Shown here: one piece after another, positions 43,856 through 52,641 of the stretch | Layout: every line of letters begins with the position of its first letter | How positions within the stretch are numbered: position 1 is the stretch's first letter | DNA from: Candidatus Pacearchaeota archaeon | GTDB lineage: Archaea > Nanobdellota > Nanobdellia > Pacearchaeales > GW2011-AR1 | Direction: 5' to 3' | Assembly (NCBI GenBank): GCA_017608705.1 | Contig: JAFCFJ010000007.1 | Span: forward strand, 1-56,546 | Length of the DNA stretch: 56,546 nt | Program-made: the position numbers and the translations under genes | The notes under the pieces: model-generated | What the model was told of the DNA's origin: nothing | What the model saw: the letters and a program-made list of their open reading frames with translations, nothing else | The model's database searches: none

Positions 43856-45698
43856 TTTCAATCTCCGTGTAAATATCAGCAAGCTCTTCTATACTTGATG
43901 GAACGCTGAATGCTTCTATATCTATAATAATCTTACTCGCATCCCGTAGCTGTTCTTCGCTGAAGTAATATTCTACATTGCCACCTCCGCCAGGAAGCAT
44001 GCTGAGCTCTTGTGCAGGCAACCTAATAGTAAAGCATTCCTCACGTGTCAAGCCAAAAAAGCCAAGCACGCCCTTCTGCGGAACCTCTATACATCTCGTT
44101 GTCTCGCTCTCTGGAATCCTGATGCTTCCATTACGATAAAAAACGACGCTTATGTTGTATAAACCTTGGCTAAGCTCAATGCTTTGTTGTAAAGGATAAG
44201 CTACCGTAATGCTCTTGCCATCCCCCTTCGAGAATGTTATGAAGGCTTGACCGCCAATTTGCTTGCCATCAGCCAAAATTTCAATGCTGAGATTGTAAAG
44301 TTTATCCATAACTAAATTCACACTTGTCTGCTTATTTGTAGAGATATATTTCTTGGTCTCCTCGTAGCTATGTGACCTTGCTACAATAAGGCCATTAACA
44401 CATTGTGGAAATAATGCTGTAAGCTTTGCATCATCACCGCTAATCTTCGTCTCTCCTATGTAGCATTCGGTATCAAGACATCTGAAGCTTATGTTTGCTG
44501 GCACTGCATGCAGGCCTGTATCATAGGTATAGACTGTCACAATAGTATTGGCTTTGTCACATATCTCCGGCCCTGCCAATTCAATGCTTTCTGTCATGCT
44601 CGCATTTCTTCCCACGTTCTTTTCGATAACAACCGCGACAGGGAACTGAAAAACCTCGTCTCCACTATAAATCTGCACAAGAACAGGAAAGACAAGATCA
44701 TAAACAAAATGATATTGCACATAGCAGAAACCAAGCACACCGAGCCCTGCTTGCGTGCCCATAGGCTTAGCTATCATAATACCGTTTTGTGCCGGCCAAA
44801 TTTCAACGCGCAGGGGCCATGTGTGCGAAAATAAAAACTGCACATTCTCGCCCCCGGTGTCTATGTTCTGAACAAAATATTTATGCTCTTCTTTTGCAAG
44901 TTTGTAATCGCTATCACGAAGTTTTATTGCCTGAATATTAGCTTCCAAAGCCAAAAGTAATTCTTGTGTAACGTTTGCAGCATTCCACACCATAGGAGAG
45001 CATGAAAGCTCTGCGCCGTCAACTGGAGCATATAAGCGCAATACATCAAGAGCGTAATTCTCAAGAAAGGCCCTTCTCCGCTCGTGTTGATAGATTTTCT
45101 TTGCTGTGTTGTAAAACTTTCCAAACTTGCTCCTTATGCTAATTCTATGTTCATTGATCTTGGCAATAGCATCGCCTTTCGAGATTGTCAGAGGCATCTC
45201 AAGCGTGATACTTATTCTTGTCTCGCTAATCTTAACCTTTGCCTTAGCATTTCCTGTCTCAACCCTATAGCCCTGTTCCTCAAACACAGAGAAATCACAC
45301 TTTGTTGCTTGTTCAGCAATATAACGAGCAAACTGTTCTTGTATTTCCTGCAATGTAGGAACTTGCTCTTTGGCCAGGCCATTGCCTGAAACATAATACC
45401 AGTAAGGCACAGAAAAACCCATAAACTCAAGTTGCGAGGAGAATGGCATGTAGGCTGAGCCAGGCTCGAAATCTGGCAAATACAAATAGCCTGCTTGCAC
45501 CCCGGCAAGTTTTGCTGCTTCCTTGGCTTCATTCTCAAGGCAAGAAATAAAATACTCGTAAGCAGGTCTCAATTCCTGCGGAACCTCCCTTATTGTAAGC
45601 TTTTCCCTAACCAAGAAATAGCCAGCAACGGCGGCAATAAGCAAGACCGCGACAATTATGAAAAGTGTCACCTGTCCTCTTTTTCTATTGTAATTCAT
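43827..45698 (-). CDS. 623-aa surface protein with a class III (prepilin-like) signal peptide; otherwise unassigned
   Basis: The N-terminus MNYNRKRG/QVTLFIIVAVLLIAAVAGYFLV has a basic stretch, Gly-Gln, then a hydrophobic helix. The 3' end overlaps the start of the giant gene by 29 nt. Confidence 0.6.
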   Translation of the reverse strand: MNYNRKRGQVTLFIIVAVLLIAAVAGYFLVREKLTIREVPQELRPAYEYFISCLENEAKEAAKLAGVQAGYLYLPDFEPGSAYMPFSSQLEFMGFSVPYWYYVSGNGLAKEQVPTLQEIQEQFARYIAEQATKCDFSVFEEQGYRVETGNAKAKVKISETRISITLEMPLTISKGDAIAKINEHRISIRSKFGKFYNTAKKIYQHERRRAFLENYALDVLRLYAPVDGAELSCSPMVWNAANVTQELLLALEANIQAIKLRDSDYKLAKEEHKYFVQNIDTGGENVQFLFSHTWPLRVEIWPAQNGIMIAKPMGTQAGLGVLGFCYVQYHFVYDLVFPVLVQIYSGDEVFQFPVAVVIEKNVGRNASMTESIELAGPEICDKANTIVTVYTYDTGLHAVPANISFRCLDTECYIGETKISGDDAKLTALFPQCVNGLIVARSHSYEETKKYISTNKQTSVNLVMDKLYNLSIEILADGKQIGGQAFITFSKGDGKSITVAYPLQQSIELSQGLYNISVVFYRNGSIRIPESETTRCIEVPQKGVLGFFGLTREECFTIRLPAQELSMLPGGGGNVEYYFSEEQLRDASKIIIDIEAFSVPSSIEELADIYTEIENAKAIISVM

Positions 45699-45782
45699 AG
45701 GTTAAAAACGAGAAAGCGAATATATAAACTTTATCTCTAAAATAGATAAAATTTTTATATCAACACATCGCCTGGTGATTAG

Positions 45783-45855
45783 GGGCCCGTGGTCTAGTGG
45801 CTATGACGTCGCCCTTACGCGGCGAAGGTCCCAGGTTCGAATCCTGGCGGGCCCA
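45783..45855 (+). tRNA. tRNA-Val (TAC)
   Basis: GGGCCCG TG GTCT AGTGGCT ATGAC G TCGCC CTTACGC GGCGA AGGTC CCAGG TTCGAAT CCTGG CGGGCCC A. Confidence 0.9.
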
Positions 45856-45937
45856 CTCCTTGCATGCGGTAGATGGAGCCAAAAAGATTTAAAAAGCTCC
45901 TTTCTTGTGCTACAAAAGGCACGGGGAGGCTGAAAGA

Positions 45938-46246
45938 ATGAAACTTCCGAAGACAGTAAGAAGATATTGTCCATATTGTAAGAAATACACAGAACATAGC
46001 TTGACTAACGTTTCGACAGGGCACAAAAGGTCTGCGCTGAAACGAGGTTCAAAGCAAAGAGCTAGAAAGAGAGGAGAAGCAAGAGGTTGTGGCAACTTGG
46101 GAAGGTGGAGCAAACCACCAATAAGCAAGTGGAAAAGAAAAACAAAATCAACGAAAAAAACAAACATAATGTATAAATGCAAAGAATGTGGGAAATCTCA
46201 TTATCAAAAGAAAGGTAAAAGAGCTAGCAAGATCCAAATAGAATAA
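45938..46246 (+). CDS. rpl44e: 50S ribosomal protein L44e (eL42)
   Basis: MKLPKTVRRYCPYCKKYTEH...YKCKECGKSHYQKKGKRA is a Zn-ribbon r-protein. GGAGG lies 9 nt upstream of the ATG, and an AAAAAGATTTAAAAAG box is at 45881-45896. Confidence 0.9.
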   Translation: MKLPKTVRRYCPYCKKYTEHSLTNVSTGHKRSALKRGSKQRARKRGEARGCGNLGRWSKPPISKWKRKTKSTKKTNIMYKCKECGKSHYQKKGKRASKIQIE

Positions 46247-46247
46247 A

Positions 46248-46775
46248 ATGGCAACCAAAAAGAAATGGACTGCTGTTGAAGTACCGCTAATGAAAAGAAG
46301 TTATGAAGTACTGGCAAATACACCAGAAGAACTTATTGGCAAAACCATAAAGCTAGACTTGACACGGAAACTTGGTGGCAAGAGTGTTGAGCTTGTGCTC
46401 GAGATAACGGCACAGGACAATAAACTAGTTGCAATACCAAAAAAACTTACAATTCTCTCATATTATACAAGACGTGTTGTGAAACGCGGAACAAGCTATG
46501 TCGAAGATTCATTCCCTGCTGAAACAAAAGATGCTGTTGTTAGGGTTAAACCATTGCTCGTAACAAGGCGTCGTGTTTCAAGGGCAATAAAGAAACATCT
46601 GAGAGACGTGGCCCGTGAGTGGCTACTCGAAAAACTGAAAAATACCACAATCGACAAATTATTCGAGGAATTACTTGCTGGAAAGTTGCAAAAAGAACTA
46701 AGCCTCACGCTAAAAAAGATATATCCCCTCTCTTTCTGCGATATACGAATGCTTGTAGTAAAGGCAAGAAAATAA
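46248..46775 (+). CDS. rps3ae: 30S ribosomal protein S3Ae (eS1)
   Basis: KKKWTAVEVPLMKRSYEVLANTPEELIGKTIKLDLT fits the eS1 N-terminal pattern. It starts 1 nt after the rpl44e stop. Confidence 0.75.
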   Translation: MATKKKWTAVEVPLMKRSYEVLANTPEELIGKTIKLDLTRKLGGKSVELVLEITAQDNKLVAIPKKLTILSYYTRRVVKRGTSYVEDSFPAETKDAVVRVKPLLVTRRRVSRAIKKHLRDVAREWLLEKLKNTTIDKLFEELLAGKLQKELSLTLKKIYPLSFCDIRMLVVKARK

Positions 46776-46812
46776 GAAAAAATTTAAAACCCCTAATGCA
46801 ACATAACCTTAA

Positions 46813-46885
46813 GCCCCAGTAGCTCAGCGGCTAGAGCGGCTGCCTTGTAAGCAGCAGGTCGCCGGTTCGAATCCGGCCTGGGGCT
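46813..46885 (+). tRNA. tRNA-Thr (TGT)
   Basis: GCCCCAG TA GCTC AGCGGCTA GAGC G GCTGC CTTGTAA GCAGC AGGTC GCCGG TTCGAAT CCGGC CTGGGGC T. Confidence 0.9.
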
Positions 46886-46950
46886 CTTACTTCTGTTTGG
46901 TTATGAATTTAGATAAAAAATTTTAAATAAAAAATTTCCTGCCTGGAATA

Positions 46951-48300
46951 ATGCTAGAAAAACTTGTTCTTGGAAAGGAAAAAATCAAAAAGGGACTGCT
47001 CTCAATTGTGCTGCTTGCTGGCATTTCGCTTACTGGTTGTCTGCCTGCCATTATCAGAAATCCTACAAAGCAATTTCTCATGCCTAGGGAAACGGAAGTC
47101 ATAGCAGTTTTACCATCTAGAGATACGGAGTATTTTTCTCAAGAACTAGATGAGGAAGAAGGAGAAAAAGAAAGCATGGCTCTCTACCTCGTAAACTTGG
47201 AAAACATAAAAGCAAGTAAGAGACTTTGCTTTGTAAAGGGAAAAATAGTTGATTTTTCTTTGTCCCCCAGCGGAAAGGAAATAACATATATAGAAACAAA
47301 AATAAACACAGAAGAAGTTAAAGTCTCGATAAATTGCTTAGATCTTGAAACAAGAAAGAGCAAAGTGATTGATACTCTAGAAGAAAAACTTCTTCCTTTA
47401 GCATTATTCTCCGGCTGGATTGACCACGACACATTTGCATATGGTTACATCAAAAATATGGCTCTTGAAGCAGAGCTACAAGCATTTATTTACGAAAGCA
47501 AAAGAGACAGTATTACAAAGATAGCCCAAGAAAAAATTAATCAGAACATACCATTCTTTCCAATAATAAAAAACAATACTCTTTATTTTCTTTCCTCGCA
47601 TGAAGATATAAACGAGGGAAGCATCCCTGTGATAATTGGAATAAACCTAAGAAATAATAAAAAAAGCGAAATTTATCTGCCCCCAGAAATCACAGAAATT
47701 GTGGAGTATGTAGATTTTGATATACATGATAAAAAAGTGGCCCTCACAACTGACGAAGGACTTTGGCTCATAGACAACAATGGAGAGAAAGAACAGATAC
47801 AAGCATCAGACCTTACACAGTTCCGGTTCCCTGTATGGTCTCCCGACGGAAAGAAAATCGCCTTCTGTGACCAAAAGCCGGATGACGGAAAATTTGTTTC
47901 TCACATTTACGTGTATTCTCCTGATATAAAGGTGATAAAGAGTGTATTTGCTGTGCCAAATATTACAGATGCCTTTATAAATTATGAATGGATAAACAAC
48001 GAATCTTTATGGCTAACATATTTCGGCCGAGACATGTTTGTGCAATCAAAAATTCAGGTTGATGAGCCACTAAACAATGAAGATATTCTTATTGTGCCAA
48101 CAAGCTATATTGCCCTCTCCAAGCTTTATGGCGATATTATCAGGAGCTATAGGACAAACAGGGAGATAGTAGGAGAAGATATAGAATGGTGTGAAGAACT
48201 TACCAAACCTTACAAGCTAAACGCAAAACAATGGATTAATTTACTTATGCTTTATGGCTATGAGGATGAAAGAATAAGATTTATACTTAAAAAATACTAG
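46951..48300 (+). CDS. putative lipoprotein with a TolB/DPP-IV-like beta-propeller
   Basis: The signal peptide has the lipobox SLTGC. Propeller-blade-like motifs are present: SPSGKEITYIE and FPVWSPDGKKIAF. The gene is visibly AT-rich. Confidence 0.5.
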   Translation: MLEKLVLGKEKIKKGLLSIVLLAGISLTGCLPAIIRNPTKQFLMPRETEVIAVLPSRDTEYFSQELDEEEGEKESMALYLVNLENIKASKRLCFVKGKIVDFSLSPSGKEITYIETKINTEEVKVSINCLDLETRKSKVIDTLEEKLLPLALFSGWIDHDTFAYGYIKNMALEAELQAFIYESKRDSITKIAQEKINQNIPFFPIIKNNTLYFLSSHEDINEGSIPVIIGINLRNNKKSEIYLPPEITEIVEYVDFDIHDKKVALTTDEGLWLIDNNGEKEQIQASDLTQFRFPVWSPDGKKIAFCDQKPDDGKFVSHIYVYSPDIKVIKSVFAVPNITDAFINYEWINNESLWLTYFGRDMFVQSKIQVDEPLNNEDILIVPTSYIALSKLYGDIIRSYRTNREIVGEDIEWCEELTKPYKLNAKQWINLLMLYGYEDERIRFILKKY

Positions 48301-48304
48301 TAGC

Positions 48305-48856
48305 CTACATTACGTATTCTGCCTTCCCATCCTTAACCAAGATTTCAGCAACCTCTTGCTGTAAATTTGCCACATCCCCTTTCTTGAAAGGGCCCAACAC
48401 CCTACCGCTAAAATCAAAGAATTCAGGTACATCCTGCCTGAAAACAATCATCACCGTCTTCTTCTCTTCTTTAAGCTGACCATTCAACATTTCATTCAGC
48501 TTTTTCTCGCCCTCAGTCAGGCTAGCCATAATCTTATCAAAGATCTCCTTCTCAAAATCGAGCATTAACTCATAATCACGCTTACTTATACCTGTCTCGG
48601 CAGCTATGAAAGCTAGATTAAGAAGTTTCTTTTTCCTCAGGCGCATCAACTCGTGGAACATAGCAATAGCATTTTCAAATTGTTTCTTTGCCTTTATTAC
48701 AGCCTCAGAAAACACGTTTGTTTCCTTGCTGGCAATCTCTTTTTTCTCATGCAAATATTCTACCACATCCTTTATGAAACTCTGAGGCAATGGTTGTAAT
48801 GCTTCACTATACCGTTCTTTCCTCAAGGCCTCATAAAGATCATTGTAGGTTATCAT
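48305..48856 (-). CDS. GINS complex subunit (Gins51/Gins15-like)
   Basis: The A domain is LYEALRKERYSEALQPLPQSFIKDVVEYL. The C-terminal B domain is VMIVFRQDVPEFFDFSGRVLGPFKKGDVANLQQEVAEILVKDGKAE. Confidence 0.7.
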   Translation of the reverse strand: MITYNDLYEALRKERYSEALQPLPQSFIKDVVEYLHEKKEIASKETNVFSEAVIKAKKQFENAIAMFHELMRLRKKKLLNLAFIAAETGISKRDYELMLDFEKEIFDKIMASLTEGEKKLNEMLNGQLKEEKKTVMIVFRQDVPEFFDFSGRVLGPFKKGDVANLQQEVAEILVKDGKAEYVM

Positions 48857-48921
48857 AGTCCAAAGAAGCAGAATAAGTTTTTAATAATTATTGTGCTCCG
48901 TCCCAGAATCCATTATTAAAT

Positions 48922-50187
48922 TTAAGGGATTTGGGAAGGCAGCACCTCCCCAAAAAATCTCGTTTTCACAAATAATTCCTTACCATATATCTTTCCAAGA
49001 GAACCTCGCAATGCATCCTGTTCTGTAAAATGTGATGTCTCATCATGGTGCTTGCCATCATAAAATAGCACAGGCACGGGATCGCTCGTATGTGTTTTCT
49101 TCGCGCAGGGTGTTGCATGGTCGGCGGTAACAAGAAGCTTAGCATTCTTGCATAACTTACGCATTGCTGAAAAGAATATTTTGTCAATCAGCTCAAGCAT
49201 TTGTTTCTTGTCATGTGGCTTGTTATCATGGCCAGGAACATCTGTTTCCTTGAAATGTACATAGAAGTAGTCGTAGCGCTTAGCCAGCCTGGAGATCATT
49301 TTGACACTGAACTTCGCGGCTCGCTGGAGATTTACATAGAGATTTCTGTAAACATCAAAATGGCTTAACTCAGCATATTTATAAACAAAAGTATCCATGC
49401 CGCTGGCCTTGGCTATACCGATTTCGAGAGGCATATATACCAAAGCAGCCCAACCCTTATATTGTCGAAGTTTTGGCAACTCTATTCCCGCGCCTCTGGT
49501 TAGTATAATATTCGCTGGAAGCAAACCTTTCTTCCTTCTCTCTATATTCACAGGATGATCATTGAGAATATGGTAACTTTGCTCAACAAAATCATTTACG
49601 ATATTCGCTGTATATTCTGAAAGCTCATCCTCATCTAGTGCCTCAGATTGCTTGAGTTTGTTATAGCTCATAATCTTACCCTTTGCATGGAATGACGGGT
49701 CTGTATCTGTAATATTATCTGAAAAACCGCCACGTAACACTAGAACGCCACGATGTTGGATAGTGGTATGAAACTCAAACTTGCATGGAAGCTTAACTTT
49801 CTTGTTTATCGCATCAGCTAGTATTTTCGCTTCTCTCGTCGTAAGGTTACGGCCAGCACGCCTGTCCACTATGGTTTTGTCTTCAAGTGAGCTGATGGTT
49901 GCAAAATTTGCACGCAAGGCAAGATCGCCACGCTCAAGTTTCAGACCTGCCCCAAGCGCTTCAAATACGCCACGAACCGACACGTGGTGATTTCCGAGCA
50001 AAGCAAGTGTTGCGACATCAGATTCAGGCGCAAGCTCTTCATTGACCGCATATCCATAGCCAAGCATGCCATGAGAAGCGAAGAAATCTAAATTCGGGGT
50101 TTCTGCAGCCTGCAACGGTGTCTGGTGGTTAAGCTGTTTGCATGGCAAATCAGCCATACCGTCTATAACAACGAATATCCCTTTCAT
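48922..50187 (-). CDS. apgM: 2,3-bisphosphoglycerate-independent phosphoglycerate mutase, archaeal type
   Basis: MKGIFVVIDGMADLP..TPLQAAETPNLDFFA, then HFKETDVPGHD and VTADHATP. I trimmed the start to the ATG at 50187. Confidence 0.9.
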   Translation of the reverse strand: MKGIFVVIDGMADLPCKQLNHQTPLQAAETPNLDFFASHGMLGYGYAVNEELAPESDVATLALLGNHHVSVRGVFEALGAGLKLERGDLALRANFATISSLEDKTIVDRRAGRNLTTREAKILADAINKKVKLPCKFEFHTTIQHRGVLVLRGGFSDNITDTDPSFHAKGKIMSYNKLKQSEALDEDELSEYTANIVNDFVEQSYHILNDHPVNIERRKKGLLPANIILTRGAGIELPKLRQYKGWAALVYMPLEIGIAKASGMDTFVYKYAELSHFDVYRNLYVNLQRAAKFSVKMISRLAKRYDYFYVHFKETDVPGHDNKPHDKKQMLELIDKIFFSAMRKLCKNAKLLVTADHATPCAKKTHTSDPVPVLFYDGKHHDETSHFTEQDALRGSLGKIYGKELFVKTRFFGEVLPSQIP

Positions 50188-50237
50188 ACCAGACCGAATG
50201 AAAATAGATTTATAAATTTTGTTTATCACAGCATACC

Positions 50238-51336
50238 ATGTTTTCTAAGCTACGCGAAAAGCTGAAAGAATGGTTAAGCAAGAGTGAAAAAGAGGTAAAG
50301 AAAAAAGCAAAAAAAGTAAAAAGTAAAGCCCAGACAAAGAAAGCAGGCAAGAAGAAGGCAAGAGTTGCCAAGCTTAAGAAAGCAAAGAAAGAAAAGGGGA
50401 AGAAGAAAAAGATAGCAAAGAAGGCTAGGTCAGGAAAACTAAAAGGAGAGGGCCTTGAAGAGATTAAGGAGGGAACAAAACAAGGAAGCATTTTGCAAAG
50501 AATAAAAGAAAGATTTGTTTTCAAGATCAGCGAGCAAGAATTTGAAGAACTTTTCTCCGAGCTTGAGTTGGTGTTGCTTGAAAATAATACGGCGCTCGAA
50601 GTAGTTGATAAAATTAAAGATAGGCTTAAAGAAGAGCTAGTAGATAAGGAAAAAACTGGTGATATAGAGGAAAAGATAAAAGAGGCGCTTATCAATAGCA
50701 TAGAGGAAGTGTTGCCTGAGAGCTTTGACCTGATCGCTGTGATAAAAGAAAAAATAAAAGCTGGCGAAAAACCATACAAGATTGTTTTTTTCGGTATAAA
50801 CGGAAGTGGCAAGACTACCACGATAGCAAAGTTAGCATTCATGCTCAAAAAGCATGGACTAAGTTGTGTGTTTGCTGCAAGCGACACATTTCGTGCTGCA
50901 AGCATAGAGCAACTTGAAAAACATGCTGCAAGACTATGGTGCTGATCCGGCTGCTGTTGCTTTTGATGCTGTAAAATACGCCGAAGCACATGGCATTGAT
51001 GTTGTTATGATAGACACAGCAGGAAGAATGCACACACAAGAAAACCTGCTGAGAGAAATGGAAAAAATTTGTCGCGTTATAAAGCCAGATTTGCGAGTCA
51101 TAGTGCTGGAGAGCATTGCGGGCAATGATGCTATACAACAAGTCAAGGCCTTCAACGAGGCTGTTGGCATAGATGCTATAATCTTGACAAAGGCTGATGT
51201 AGATAAAAAGGGTGGGACAGCTTTGTCTGTGAGTTATGTGACAGGAAAGCCAATCATTTTCATCGGCACAGGTCAAGATTATAAAGATCTAAAGCGCTTT
51301 GAAAAAGAAAAAATCTTGCAAGGCTTGTTTGGTTAA
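50238..51336 (+). pseudogene. ftsY: signal recognition particle receptor FtsY, reading frame broken near 50932
   Basis: ORF 50238-50945 has a Lys-rich N-terminus, then GINGSGKTTTIAKLA and ASDTFRAASIEQLEKHAARL. ORF 50914-51336 has DYGADPAAVAFDAV, IDTAGRMHT, TKADVDKKGG and the rest of the protein. About 7-8 residues are missing between the two parts. Confidence 0.85.
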
Positions 51337-51888
51337 ATGACAACATCACGCATTATAGATAAGAGCTTTGCAGAAATCTTCTTTTCACAGATAATTTCTG
51401 TTACAGGCGGTCTCATAGCTGGAACTTTTCTTGCGGTCTTCACAAACAAGCTCTTGTTTCTGCCAGGCATGCTTATCTTACTTCCCGGCTTCCTTGAGAT
51501 GCGGGGGAGTATAAGCGGAACGCTCGCGTCGAGAATAAGTTCTGGCCTTTTTCTGGGTGTAATAAAGGCGGAGAGGCCAAACAGAAGGATAATTTCAGGC
51601 AATATCATCGCTTCTTTCTTTCTTGCTCTCTGCATTTCATTTACTCTTGGAGTTCTCGCATATTTCTTCAGCTATTTTGCTTTCGGCATAGCTGAGCCAA
51701 AAATAATTTTTGTGGCTGTGCTTGCAGCATTGATTGCAAATATCGTGGAGGTACCGCTAACGCTTTTTGCAACATTGCAGATATTCAAGCATGGACATGA
51801 CCCAAACAACATAATGGGGCCTTTCATCACCTCCACGGGAGATATAACAAGCATACTCGCGTTGCTTATTGCTTTATGGATAATATGA
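51337..51888 (+). CDS. MgtE-type divalent cation transporter membrane domain protein
   Basis: LPGFLEMRGSISGTLASRISSGL and HGHDPNNIMGPFITSTGDITSI are MgtE/SLC41 TM-domain signatures. It starts immediately after the ftsY stop. Confidence 0.7.
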   Translation: MTTSRIIDKSFAEIFFSQIISVTGGLIAGTFLAVFTNKLLFLPGMLILLPGFLEMRGSISGTLASRISSGLFLGVIKAERPNRRIISGNIIASFFLALCISFTLGVLAYFFSYFAFGIAEPKIIFVAVLAALIANIVEVPLTLFATLQIFKHGHDPNNIMGPFITSTGDITSILALLIALWII

Positions 51889-52586
51889 AACCTGTAACCA
51901 CACTAGCGAAATATTTGGGAAAGTTGCAAGAAATAAGAAGACGTAGTTATCATCCGCTCGTGCATAAGGTACATAGACGTTACGGCATCTCAAAGAAAAC
52001 ATTATTCTATGTTAAAGAATATGGACCTCGCGCTAACGTGCCAAAAACCATAATAAAAGAAAGTATCAAACTGCTACTGCTAACATCGATAATAAGCTCT
52101 CTTGGTGGTCTTGCACTTGAGCATGTAAAAATGCTGCTCGTGTCTGTTATGCCACTCCTCATACTGTTGCCTACACTCAACGATATGATTGGTGATTTCG
52201 GAACGATAACAGCTGCATGCGTCTCCACGATGTTGCATGAAGGCAAACTTCGTGGCAGAGTTTTTACAGAAGAAGTGAAAAAGCTCTTCGTGCAAATTTT
52301 GCTTGTGGCCTTACTCATAAGTTTTGCAAGTGCTGTTGTTGCGCTCTCAATATCTCTGGCACGAGGCTTTGAGCTCAGCCCTGCATTTGCATTGAAAATC
52401 TTGCTAGTTGTATTGCTTGATGTTATAATTCTTGTCAGCGTACTTTTCTTTACAGCAATAAGGGCGGGGATACATTTTTACAAGAGGAGGGAGGACCCCA
52501 ACAACCTTCTTATACCGATAACCACCTCGCTCGCAGATTTCAGCAATATGTTTCTGCTTGCAATATTGCTTCTTCTGTTTTTTTGA
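51876..52586 (+). CDS. MgtE-type divalent cation transporter membrane domain protein (second copy)
   Basis: LLPTLNDMIGDFGTITAACVSTMLH and REDPNNLLIPITTSLADF are present. It overlaps the preceding gene by 13 nt. Confidence 0.7.
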   Translation: MDNMKPVTTLAKYLGKLQEIRRRSYHPLVHKVHRRYGISKKTLFYVKEYGPRANVPKTIIKESIKLLLLTSIISSLGGLALEHVKMLLVSVMPLLILLPTLNDMIGDFGTITAACVSTMLHEGKLRGRVFTEEVKKLFVQILLVALLISFASAVVALSISLARGFELSPAFALKILLVVLLDVIILVSVLFFTAIRAGIHFYKRREDPNNLLIPITTSLADFSNMFLLAILLLLFF

Positions 52587-52641
52587 AATTAAACATCAAG
52601 CTAATGTGAAATCTTATAAATGTAAATACCTTCTGTTTTAA

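Noticed and set aside
37838-45855. The surface-protein module as an integrated mobile element
   Set aside because: It is flanked by tRNA genes, but I found no integrase, no duplicated tRNA 3' segment and no obvious compositional break. I report the flanking only as context.
50210-50989. 259-aa minus-strand ORF, Ser/Phe/Leu-rich
   Set aside because: It is antisense to the Lys-rich (AAG/AAA) N-terminal part of ftsY. The low-complexity translation is a mirror of that region, and no motif is present.
51337-52586. The two MgtE-like ORFs as one frameshifted gene
   Set aside because: Each ORF contains its own complete set of the family motifs (the PGxxE/ND segment and DPNN), and the second has its own ATG. 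They look like two paralogous half-size genes, not a broken one.
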